Source: Candidatus Eiseniibacteriota bacterium
GTDB taxonomy: Bacteria > Eisenbacteria > RBG-16-71-46 > JABDJR01
Assembly (NCBI GenBank): GCA_963762255.1
Contig: CAVXKA010000002.1
Span: forward strand, 448,001 to 512,000
Length of the DNA: 64,000 bases
Reading direction: 5' to 3'
In this document: in pieces, positions 39,389 to 47,871 of the stretch
Position numbering within the stretch: the stretch's first letter is position 1
Layout: each line of letters opens with the position of its first letter
The notes under the pieces: model-generated
Seen by the model: only the letters and a program-made list of their open reading frames with translations
Database searches by the model: none
Told to the model about the DNA's origin: nothing
Translations under genes and position numbers: made by a program

Positions 39389-40589
39389 ATGAGAGCGCTC
39401 CTCCTGACCCAGGACTTCCCGCCGCGGCCCGGTGGCATGGCGCGGTACTACGGCGATCTCGCCCGCGGTCTCGGTGAGGATTGCGCCGTGGCGGTCGGAT
39501 CCTGGGGCGGCGTGCCGCCCGTACATGACGGCGAGTACGCCGTGCTTCGCCTCCCCTTCGATGCCGGCACCTCGCACAGGCTCTGGAACCTCGGGCAGGC
39601 CCACCGGATCGTTCGCGCCGCACTCAAGAGGGGACGATTCGACGTGGTCGTCGCCGGCAACATCCGCCCTTACGGCCCGCTCGTTCATCGTCTCGCACGC
39701 GGTGCCGATCTCCCCTTCGCGGTCGTGTATCACGGAAACGACCTGCTGCGCACCGCCCGCCGCTGGCGGAACAGCGCGTGGCGGCGCGGGACATGGAGCC
39801 GACTGGCCGAAGCCGCGCGGCTTCACGTGGTCAACAGCGCCTTCACCGCGGAACTCGCAATCGCCCAGGGCCTTCCGCCCGGTCGACTCGCGGTGGTCCC
39901 CCCCGAGGTGAACGTGCGGAAGTTCCGTCCCGCGGAAAGTGAGGCCGAGCGCACCGAGCTGCGTCGTCGCTTCGGCTGGGGAGAGGCCGACCAGGTGGCC
40001 CTGTTCGTCGGGCGGCTCGTGGAGCGCAAGGGACTCGAAGACTTGTTCGCCGCGCTGCCCGAGTCTGCCTCGTTGCGTGCGGCTGGTGGTGGCGGGTCCT
40101 GGGGACGAGGAACGCTGGAGGGAGCGAGCGCGAGCGCGCGGAGTGGCCGATCGGGTGGCCTTTCTCGGCCCGGTGGACGGGGAGGCCCTTCCACGACTCT
40201 ATCGCGCGGCCGATCTCTTCGTCGGACCCTCACGCGAGCGGCTGGAGGCGGACGATGTCGAAGGATTCGGCATCGTGTTTCTTGAAGCGTCGGCCTCCGG
40301 TTTGGCCGTGCTCTCGACGTGCACGGGGGGCATCCCGGAAGCGGTCGAGGACGGCGTCGGCGGAATTCTCGTTCGGCCGGATAGGCCCGATGCGCTCGCC
40401 GAAGCGTGGCTCGCTCTCAGCCGTGACACCGAACTGCGCAAGCGATTGGGGGAAGGAGGGCGCCGAGGCCGCGCCGCCGCCCACGGTCCCGGTAGCTCGG
40501 CCCGCCGTCTGCGCGAAGCGCTGTCGGAGAGCCTGCGCCGGGCGGGCGCCCCCGGATCGGATCCGTCGGCGTCAACGCAGCGAAGCTAG
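39389..40589 (+). CDS. Glycosyltransferase family 4 (PimB-like), split by a one-base frameshift near 40059
   Basis: TQDFPPRPGGM and FVGRLVERKG in one frame; RLVVAGPG...EGFGIVFLEASASG...GGIPEAV in the next frame. Confidence 0.8.
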
Positions 40590-41366
40590 CTTGTCCTGCG
40601 CCAGCCGCGCCTCGTCGGTCCCCGGGCACTCCCGGACCACCGATTCGAAATAGCGCCGGGCGGTCGGATTATCGGCCTTGCGCAGGAAGGCGTACCCAAC
40701 CTTCAGAGTAGCCGCGCACACCTTGTTGCCCTCCGGGTACATGTCGCGCACCTTCAGCAGTTCCTGCACGGCCCGGTCCAGATCACCGAGGGCGAAGTAG
40801 CACTCTCCCAGCCAGTACTGCGCATTGTCGGCGCGGTCGGACTGGGGATAGGACTTGAGGAAGTCCTGGAAGCCGGCCACCGCAAGCTGGTAGTTTCCGC
40901 GCGAGTAGTCGCGGTAGGCGGCATCGTAGACCTCGTTCTCCCCGCCCGCGGGCCGAGTCTCCGGGGTCGAGGCTCCCGCGCCCCCGAGCGAATCGGCACT
41001 GGCGGGAGGCGCCACCGGGGGCCGCGAGGCGCGAACGTCCTCCACGCGCCGCAGGCTCCGATCCATCCGCGTCCCCTGGTCCTCCAACTGGGCGCCGATG
41101 TTCTCGATGCGCTCCTCGATGCTGCGCAACTGCGCGTTCGTATCGGCGCGCATCGCCGTCGTGGTCTCCCCTTGCTCATCCAAGCCGGCCTTCATCTCCC
41201 GGACCAGAGCGAGGAGTTCGGTCTGCTCGCGTCGGAGCGATTCCACCTCCTCCCGGGTGACCTCCGCGTTGACCGGCTGGCGAAAGAACGCGCCCACGCA
41301 CCCGGTGACCCCCAGGGAAAAGGAGACCAGTAGGAACGCAAGCGTGCTGCGTGACCGTGGGCTCAT
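40572..41366 (-). CDS. ybgF: Tol-Pal system protein YbgF/CpoB (coiled coil plus TPR, lipoprotein)
   Basis: YDAAY...F.DFLKSYP.S..ADNAQYWLGECYF; downstream of pal. Confidence 0.9.
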   Translation of the reverse strand: MSPRSRSTLAFLLVSFSLGVTGCVGAFFRQPVNAEVTREEVESLRREQTELLALVREMKAGLDEQGETTTAMRADTNAQLRSIEERIENIGAQLEDQGTRMDRSLRRVEDVRASRPPVAPPASADSLGGAGASTPETRPAGGENEVYDAAYRDYSRGNYQLAVAGFQDFLKSYPQSDRADNAQYWLGECYFALGDLDRAVQELLKVRDMYPEGNKVCAATLKVGYAFLRKADNPTARRYFESVVRECPGTDEARLAQDKLASLR

Positions 41367-41414
41367 GGCGTGCACCCATCCGCGCCCCGGGCTCACACCC
41401 GGGGCGCCGGCGGT

Positions 41415-41933
41415 TTAGGGAATGAGGAAATGGACGAGCCGGTTCTGCGACCAGGCACTCTCGTCGTGGCCCTGAGCGAAGGGCTTCTCTTCACCGTAGG
41501 AAATCGTGCTCAAGCTGGACGCGCTGACCCCGAGGTCGACCAGGTACGCCTTCACGACCTCGGCGCGGCGCTGACCGAGGGCCAAGTTGTACTCCTCGGT
41601 GCCCCGCTCGTCACAGTGCCCTTCCAGGGTGACCTTGGCGTCGGGGTTCTCCTTCAAAATCCGCGCGTTTTCCTGGAGGACCGCGCGGGCATCGCCGCGA
41701 AGCTCGGCCTTGTCGTAGTCGAAGTACACGTCCTTCACCCGGGTCTTCCACGCCAGGCGATCCTCGCGCACCTCCGGGGTCTCCGGCTGCGACGGGGGCT
41801 CCACCGTCTCCCGGGGCGTCGTGCGGTCGATCTCAACGGTGGGCTCCGGTTTCTTGCCGCAGCCGAAAAGCACGATCACTGCCAAACTCGCCAAACCTAT
41901 GAGCGACCGATGTCCAAGTATCTTGCTGTTCAT
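41415..41933 (-). CDS. pal: Peptidoglycan-associated lipoprotein Pal
   Basis: Lipobox LFGC; YFDYDK, EGHCDERGTEEYNLALGQRRA, SYGEEKP. Confidence 0.95.
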   Translation of the reverse strand: MNSKILGHRSLIGLASLAVIVLFGCGKKPEPTVEIDRTTPRETVEPPSQPETPEVREDRLAWKTRVKDVYFDYDKAELRGDARAVLQENARILKENPDAKVTLEGHCDERGTEEYNLALGQRRAEVVKAYLVDLGVSASSLSTISYGEEKPFAQGHDESAWSQNRLVHFLIP

Positions 41934-42056
41934 GGTATGAGGCTCCCTCCTGGTTCAGTAAAAATCCTAGACTCGAAATGTACCGGTCCCGGCCCCATTC
42001 GGCAAGAGACGGCGCAACCGTCGCTCTCGAACCCGGGCCGCAAACTGTCGATGTCG

Positions 42057-43424
42057 TCAGCGGGTCGGTACCGGGGACCAAGCGGGTGCGCTGTTGTTGC
42101 CGCCCCCGATCGTGAGCGACCGCACCACGCCGCTGTCCACGTCCAGCACATAGAGCCCCTTGGCTCCTCCCCGCGTGGAGCTGAACACGACGTGCCGCCC
42201 GTCAGGCGCCCACCGGGGATGCTCATCGCTGCCCGGACCCCGGGTAATCTGGCGTTCCCCACCCAGGCCGCTCGCATCCACCACGCAGATTCGGAAGAGC
42301 CCGTCCCGGCGCGACGCATAGACGAGCCGATCTCCCTTGGGAGACCAGTCCGCCTGATCGTTCCATTTTCCCTCGAAGGTCATGCGACGCAACCCGGTCC
42401 CGTCGGCTTCCATCACATAGATCTGCGGCGTACCGGAACGGTCCGAAGTGAACGCCATCCGCCGCCCGTCGGGGGACCACGAAGGCGACGTGTTGATGCC
42501 GCTGGAGCGCGCGACTCGCCGGCGGTTGCGACCGGAGAGATCGCTCACGTAGATCTCGCTCGCTCCGCCCTCGGTGTTGGCGTAGGCGATCAGAGATCCG
42601 TCCGGGCTGTACGCAGGAGCGCCCTGCACTCCCTTGCCCCCGATCAGCGGCCGTTCCTTGCTCCCCGCGACGTCCACCGTGTACAGGTCCGGATCGCCGC
42701 TCTTGTACGACACGTAGGCAAGGGTCGATCCGTCCGGACTCCAATCCGGAGAAAGGTTGATGGTTCCGTTCCGAGTGGCCGGACGCAATCCGCTCCCGTC
42801 GTAGTCGACGATGAAGACCTCCTTGTGCCCCCCCCGGTCGGAGACGAACGCGACCCGTGTGCGCGATATCCCCGTCTCGCCGGTGAGATAGAGCACGATG
42901 TCGTCGGCGAATCGATGCGCGGCCTCACGGAAATTCTCGGGCGGAGTACGGTATTCCCGGCCGAAGATGAGCGCCCGCGCGGGGAGCGACTCGAGGGATC
43001 CGCGCAAGACCAGCTCTCCAGCGGCGACGCGCACTTCCCCCCGCACCAGCGCCTGGGCTCGCAGCGCCCCCATCGTATCGCCCTCCGCCATGCGGGGAAT
43101 GGCGAACAGGGTGAAGTAGCCTGAATAGTCGAGGTCGTTCGCGGTCACGCTCTGCACGGCCCGCGCGTCGGCACCGGTCGCCCCCGGACCACGCAGGAAG
43201 TCCTCGAACACGAGCCGGATCTTGCTGACTCCGGTGTCGGTGATCACGACCCGTTCCTCGGGCTGCAGCCCGCCCTCGGACTGCGCCTCGACGAGGCCGG
43301 TCCAGGTCGCCAGCGGGAGCAGACAGACCGGCAACCAGGCTCCGCGCGTCCAGCGGCCCCATCCGCGGCGCCGCTTCCTCCGTTGGGTCACACGTATCTC
43401 GACCGCCGCGTGCCCGCTTCTCAT
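42057..43424 (-). CDS. tolB: Tol-Pal beta-propeller protein TolB
   Basis: AHRFADDI, TRVAFVS, repeated P.WSPDG (PD40) motifs; start uncertain. Confidence 0.92.
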   Translation of the reverse strand: MRSGHAAVEIRVTQRRKRRRGWGRWTRGAWLPVCLLPLATWTGLVEAQSEGGLQPEERVVITDTGVSKIRLVFEDFLRGPGATGADARAVQSVTANDLDYSGYFTLFAIPRMAEGDTMGALRAQALVRGEVRVAAGELVLRGSLESLPARALIFGREYRTPPENFREAAHRFADDIVLYLTGETGISRTRVAFVSDRGGHKEVFIVDYDGSGLRPATRNGTINLSPDWSPDGSTLAYVSYKSGDPDLYTVDVAGSKERPLIGGKGVQGAPAYSPDGSLIAYANTEGGASEIYVSDLSGRNRRRVARSSGINTSPSWSPDGRRMAFTSDRSGTPQIYVMEADGTGLRRMTFEGKWNDQADWSPKGDRLVYASRRDGLFRICVVDASGLGGERQITRGPGSDEHPRWAPDGRHVVFSSTRGGAKGLYVLDVDSGVVRSLTIGGGNNSAPAWSPVPTR

Positions 43425-43426
43425 GT

Positions 43427-44197
43427 TCAAGGCTCGTCTCCGATCCGTTGAAACACCGCCGTCACACCGAGCTGATCGCCTGCGTAGGCCTCCGGCAAGG
43501 GGGGAAGCTGCCGTACCTCGTGGACCGCCCGGTCCACGGATCGATCGTACAGCGCCCACCCGGAGGGCTCCTGCAGGAAGGGCTGCACGATGCTCCCGTC
43601 CCGGCGGATGATGAAGTGAATGGTGGCGCGTGTCACGCCCTGCCCGCCGGGAGGTCTCACCCAGGCCTGCGCAAGGCGGCTCATCACGATCTGAAGATAG
43701 TAGTCGTGCTTGAAATCGGGTTGGTCGACCGTGCCGAGAGAAACCGGACCTTCCGGCGCCTCGTTGGGGGTCGCGCGCTCAACCGGTGGCTGCTCGGAGA
43801 CGACAGGCGGCGTCTCGGCCTTCTTGATCTCGGCCACGACCGCCTTTGTTTCCTCCCGCGGCTTCTCCGGCTTCTTTCGCGGATCCTGGATCTTCACCGC
43901 GTCGGGTTCAGGCTTCTTCTCGGCGGCCGGCTTCTCCTGCGGCTTATCTTGAGGTCGCACAGGCACCCGCGCGGGAACCGGGGGGGCGTAGTTCGGCTCG
44001 GGCCACTCGACCAGGGCAACCTGGTAGACCGGTTCAGCGAAGATCGGCCGGACCCGATGGACCAGCGGGATCGAGATGAGGAAGACCACCGCGAGGTGCA
44101 CACCGAGGCTCAGAGCGAGGTAGCGGGTTACCCCGACCCCCTCGGCTCCCGGCCCGCGTGCCTCCTTACGCCGGCTTGAAGTCAGGACGAATCTCAT
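43427..44197 (-). CDS. TolA/TonB-family periplasmic energy transducer
   Basis: TM anchor SLGVHL, Pro/Lys/Glu-rich linker, C-terminal YY...W..P...F.I.RDG...SG...D...RAV...LPPLP; start uncertain. Confidence 0.8.
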   Translation of the reverse strand: MRFVLTSSRRKEARGPGAEGVGVTRYLALSLGVHLAVVFLISIPLVHRVRPIFAEPVYQVALVEWPEPNYAPPVPARVPVRPQDKPQEKPAAEKKPEPDAVKIQDPRKKPEKPREETKAVVAEIKKAETPPVVSEQPPVERATPNEAPEGPVSLGTVDQPDFKHDYYLQIVMSRLAQAWVRPPGGQGVTRATIHFIIRRDGSIVQPFLQEPSGWALYDRSVDRAVHEVRQLPPLPEAYAGDQLGVTAVFQRIGDEP

Positions 44198-44509
44198 GGC
44201 ATTTCGGAACACGGTACCGCTGCGAGCGGCGATTCTCTCCCTCTCAAGGTTGCCTTTCCGCGCGGATCACAGCAGAATACCCCGCTGCGGGGCCGGTTGT
44301 TTCCGGTTTCTGACCCGCCGCACCTGCGGGCGCGGGCTCTACCCTCGAACCGGCCGCGCCCCGTGACCAGAGAGCATTCGCTCGCCTGATCGAGCCGGCC
44401 ACCCGGGGTGAGTTCGTCGCGCAGGACGATTGCGGACTCCGTTCGAATCGTGATTCAACTATACCTTGGATTGTCTGCGGTATCTCTCCAGCGTGTCAAG
44501 GAACCCGTC

Positions 44510-45322
44510 ATGCGGAGCCACGTTCCCCACCGGCATGCTCTCAGGCGCGGCGTGAGCCTGCTCCTCGCCACGCTCTGCGCCTGCATTTTCCCAGGGATGG
44601 GAGTTGCATCTTGCTTCCAATGGTTCCCCGAGGCGTCGCCCTACCTTCGACCGCTGGCGGATCCGCTCGAACCCCGCACAGGCATCACCTATGCCTCCAA
44701 CCGCGACCGCCTGGACGCCACGCTCGGGCGGCCGGTTCCCATCCTGGCGTTCGGGCCGGCCGATCGACCGTTGGTGGCCACGGTGGAGGCCCACGCCTTC
44801 TTCCGGCTCGGCCGCGACGGGGCGTTCTTTCCCCTCCAGACATTTGACGGGATCTTCGGCGCCAGCCTCGAGAGACGGATTGGCTCGGGGGCGGCGCGCC
44901 TGAGCATCGCCCACTGGAGCGCGCACCGGGCTGACGGCGATTCCACGGTTGCGTATCGGGGAATGACGTTCAGCCGGGAGTTCTGGAGCCTCGACGTGCA
45001 GGCAGGGAAGGGCCCCGGGACCGTGTACGCCGGAGTGGGCACCTCCTGGCACGCCGTTCCAGTCGATCACGGCCTCAGCATGCGCCTCGGCGCGCAACGA
45101 TCCTGGGGAGGCGGGAAATGGCGTCCGTTCGCGGCGGTTCATTTCGCCGCCGACAGTGCTCGCCGCATGCGCGTCGCGCAAACCGGACTTCTCGGCGTCG
45201 AAACCGGGCGTCGGCAGGTATTCCGCCTCGCCGTGCGCGGCTTCGCCGGCCCCCGACCCCAGGGGCAGTACTGGAGGGAGGTCGAGCGGTATGTCGGCGC
45301 CGATGTCTCCTTTGCGCCCTGA
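44510..45322 (+). CDS. Putative outer-membrane protein, DUF1207-like
   Basis: Signal peptide; RPLADPLEPR, HWSAHRAD, FSRE and GPRPQGQY motifs; terminal beta strand. Confidence 0.6.
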   Translation: MRSHVPHRHALRRGVSLLLATLCACIFPGMGVASCFQWFPEASPYLRPLADPLEPRTGITYASNRDRLDATLGRPVPILAFGPADRPLVATVEAHAFFRLGRDGAFFPLQTFDGIFGASLERRIGSGAARLSIAHWSAHRADGDSTVAYRGMTFSREFWSLDVQAGKGPGTVYAGVGTSWHAVPVDHGLSMRLGAQRSWGGGKWRPFAAVHFAADSARRMRVAQTGLLGVETGRRQVFRLAVRGFAGPRPQGQYWREVERYVGADVSFAP

Positions 45323-45587
45323 TCGGCCGCCGGCAGGGGCGATTCACAATGCTTCCGGTCAGAAGATGTAAAACTTCTTTCTAATTGATTGCCGACATCC
45401 TACCAGACCGGCGACCCCGTGAAAATCGACTCGGCAGCACAAAAAACGCAGGCGGAGCATTGTTGCCGGATGGCGACGATGCTAGCATGATGGACCTTGA
45501 ATCATTGCATTGCGCTTTCTTGGTGAAGGCGCCCTTTGGGCTTGAATCAGCGACATCAGCGTACGTGGTACGAAAGAGGGAGGGATC

Positions 45588-46016
45588 ATGGCAAAGGCCG
45601 AAACGATGAATCGCCGCGGGCGCCGCCCCAGTCTGAAGGTGGCGGCCAGGAAGGCCGGTAAGCTCCAGCACCGCGTGAGAGGTTTGTTGACCGAACTGGA
45701 GAATCTCGAGCAGCGACTCGTCCGACTGGAGCAACTCCTCGAGGCAAGTCAGAAGGCCGAGCGAGAGAGAATGAAGAAGAAGCGGGCTGCCCGAAGCGCC
45801 GGCATCAGGGGCAAGGGGCCGAACGTCCGCGATCTCGCCTACCAGTTGCTCACGCGGCGCAAGAAGCCGCTGGGAATCCAGGAGATCTCGGACTTCGTTC
45901 TCAAGGGTAAGAAGGGCAGAGCGGGGGCCAACTTCACCCAGAACCTCGGCGCGGCGCTCGCCCGCGATGGACGGTTTCATCGGGTGGGGCGGGGCGTCTA
46001 CTCGGTCAAGCGCTAG
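45588..46016 (+). CDS. Basic protein: coiled coil plus C-terminal winged helix (HARE-HTH-like)
   Basis: RBS GAGGGAGG; heptad LENLEQRLVRLEQLL; C-terminal AYQLL...KPLGIQEI...LGAALARDGRFHRVGRGVYSV typical of wHTH. Confidence 0.75.
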   Translation: MAKAETMNRRGRRPSLKVAARKAGKLQHRVRGLLTELENLEQRLVRLEQLLEASQKAERERMKKKRAARSAGIRGKGPNVRDLAYQLLTRRKKPLGIQEISDFVLKGKKGRAGANFTQNLGAALARDGRFHRVGRGVYSVKR

Positions 46017-46020
46017 GACA

Positions 46021-46057
46021 GCGCCCCCGGTGAGTCACCGGTCCGGGGCGCCTTTTT
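46021..46057 (+). terminator. Intrinsic terminator of the wHTH gene
   Basis: GCGCCCC...GGGGCGC stem followed by CTTTTT. Confidence 0.7.
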
Positions 46058-46115
46058 GCGCTCCGGACCGGATTCTGCCTTGACCCGGTCCCTCGGCCCG
46101 CGACAGAATTATCGC

Positions 46116-46244
46116 CTAGCGAAGCGGATACCCTGCAGCTTTCGCCTTCGTGTCTGGCCGCAATAACATAAAGCGAAGCGACTGTGAGTCGGCTTGCGGC
46201 CAGCGGCACGGACGAGGCTAACCGGGCTCCGCTTCATTTTTTTT
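46116..46244 (+). ncRNA. Candidate rod-shaped small RNA of unknown family
   Basis: Upstream TTGACC-N18-CAGAAT. Nested stems GAAGCGGA/TCCGCTTC, TTCGTGT/GCACGGA, CTGGCCGCAA/TTGCGGCCAG and CGACT/AGTCG; ends in T8. Confidence 0.55.
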
Positions 46245-46400
46245 CGGCGCACGACCGGCCTGGCCCGACTGTCCGTTCCCCACCTTGCCATCGTTGTCGT
46301 CGAGAGAGAATCCTCCCCTCCCGACCGGGATCGATTGGGAAACGCGAAGGCCCAAGGCCTGCGGGCCTCGGGCCGATCGTTCACATTCGATCATGAGGGA

Positions 46401-46487
46401 TGGTGCGGAAGAGGGGACTTGAACCCCTACAGGATTGCTCCTACAAGGCCCTCAACCTTGCGCGTCTGCCAGTTCCGCCACTTCCGC
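46401..46487 (-). tRNA. tRNA-Leu(GAG)
   Basis: GCGGAAGTGGCGGAACTGGCAGACGCGCAAGGTTGAGGGCCTTG...GGTTCAAGTCCCCTCTTCCGCACCA; long variable arm, encoded CCA, classic position after secG. Confidence 0.97.
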
Positions 46488-46502
46488 GTGAAAACCCTAC
46501 CG

Positions 46503-46991
46503 TCAGTTCCCTCCGGCTCCCGGCGTGGCCGGGGTGGCCGGGGCCGGATCGGAGGGAGTGTTGCCCGGTGCCGGTGCCGGTGCCGTAGTCGTCCCCGAGC
46601 CCATCTGAATTTGGATCGGGGCCGCGTCCGAGCCTCCGGTCACGGGAACCCCCTGGTCCCCTGGGATCTGCAAGGGCTGCGTGGACACGGGGGGCGGAAC
46701 CTCGTCCGAAACCTCGCCCTGGGCAGCCCGGATCACGCTTCTGGGCCCGCTGCGCGTCCCCGCCATGAGCGCGAGCACGAGGGAGGTCGCCATGAAAGCG
46801 ATTCCCAGAACGGTGGTGGCCTTGCTCAGAAACGTCGCCGCGCCCCGCCCTCCGAAGAGAGTCTGGCCCGCGCCGCCCATGCCCCCGAAGGCTCCCGCCA
46901 GCCCGCCACCCTTGCCGGACTGAAGCAGAACCACGAGGATGAGCACCACACAGATTAAGAGGTGCAACACCAGGATCAAGCCGTAGATCAC
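46503..46991 (-). CDS. secG: Preprotein translocase subunit SecG (with long Pro/Ala tail)
   Basis: LILVVLLQSGKGGGLAGAFGG...FLSKAT. Confidence 0.93.
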   Translation of the reverse strand: MIYGLILVLHLLICVVLILVVLLQSGKGGGLAGAFGGMGGAGQTLFGGRGAATFLSKATTVLGIAFMATSLVLALMAGTRSGPRSVIRAAQGEVSDEVPPPVSTQPLQIPGDQGVPVTGGSDAAPIQIQMGSGTTTAPAPAPGNTPSDPAPATPATPGAGGN

Positions 46992-47088
46992 TCGACAAAC
47001 CTCCGGTTTCGCGCGGACTGGCCCGGCCCCTCGACGCGAGCGGGGTCCTGCGAAGGACGAAACAGTCTAGCAGCGGACCCCAGGGACG

Positions 47089-47868
47089 TCAACCCGACCG
47101 TGTCGGCCCCGATCGCGCCGCCCGGACAATGGGGAGGAACGCCTCCGGCTTGAGGCAAGCGCCTCCCACCAGCGCCCCGTCGATGTCGGGTCGGGTCAGG
47201 AGATCCGCGGCATTGTCCGCCTTGACGCTCCCCCCATAGAGGATGCGGACCGCGACCGCCACTTCCGGTCCCAAGACCTTGGCCAGCTCGCGCCTCAAGT
47301 GGGCGTGAGCGTCCTGCGCCTGTTCCGGGGTGGCGTTATTGCCGGTGCCGATGGCCCAGACCGGTTCGTAGGCCAGCACGAGCCTGGTCGGGTCGGAAAC
47401 TGCCAGCCCTCCCAGGGAGCCCACCGTCTGCCGGGTCAGGACCACCTCGGTCGCCCCCGCCTTGCGCTCCTGCTCCGTCTCGCCCACGCACACGATCGGC
47501 ACGAGATCGGCGGAGAGCGCCGCCTCCGCTTTGGATCGCACACCGGCGTCGGTCTCACCGAAGAGAGTCCGGCGCTCGGAGTGCCCGAGGATCACGTAAC
47601 GGCAGCCGGCCTCGCGCAGCATCCCCGGAGAGATCTCGCCGGTGAACGCGCCCGAGGCCTCCCAGTGCATGTTCTGGGCGCCAAGTTCGATGCGGGAGCC
47701 GGAGAGCGTGGCCGCCGCTTCAGCCAGCCAGACGAACGGCGGGCAGTAGACGACCTCGCACTCGGGAGGATTCAATCCGATGTCGCGCTTCAGCGCATCC
47801 AGCACCGCGAGCAACCCCGGCCGGGTCAAGTTCATCTTGGCGTTGCCGGCAACGAGAGGCTTGCGCAT
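47089..47868 (-). CDS. tpiA: Triosephosphate isomerase
   Basis: AGNAKMN, GAFTGEIS, LGHSERR, AYEPVWAIGTG, YGGSVK. Confidence 0.97.
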   Translation of the reverse strand: MRKPLVAGNAKMNLTRPGLLAVLDALKRDIGLNPPECEVVYCPPFVWLAEAAATLSGSRIELGAQNMHWEASGAFTGEISPGMLREAGCRYVILGHSERRTLFGETDAGVRSKAEAALSADLVPIVCVGETEQERKAGATEVVLTRQTVGSLGGLAVSDPTRLVLAYEPVWAIGTGNNATPEQAQDAHAHLRRELAKVLGPEVAVAVRILYGGSVKADNAADLLTRPDIDGALVGGACLKPEAFLPIVRAARSGPTRSG

Positions 47869-47871
47869 GGC

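Noticed and set aside
46116-46244. Identification of the rod RNA as SRP RNA, tmRNA, RNase P RNA or tRNA-Sec
   Set aside because: It lacks the SRP helix-8 motif, tRNA-like ends, GAGGAAAGUCC and a UCA anticodon arm. It is kept as an unknown ncRNA candidate.
44400-46420. Possible genomic island integrated at the tRNA-Leu 3' end
   Set aside because: No integrase or transposase, and I found no duplicated tRNA 3' end (att site) in the window.
46520-46590. Short tandem repeats (CCGGTG x3, GGCCGGGG) as a CRISPR or VNTR
   Set aside because: They encode the Pro/Ala-rich SecG tail; there is no repeat-spacer structure and no cas genes.
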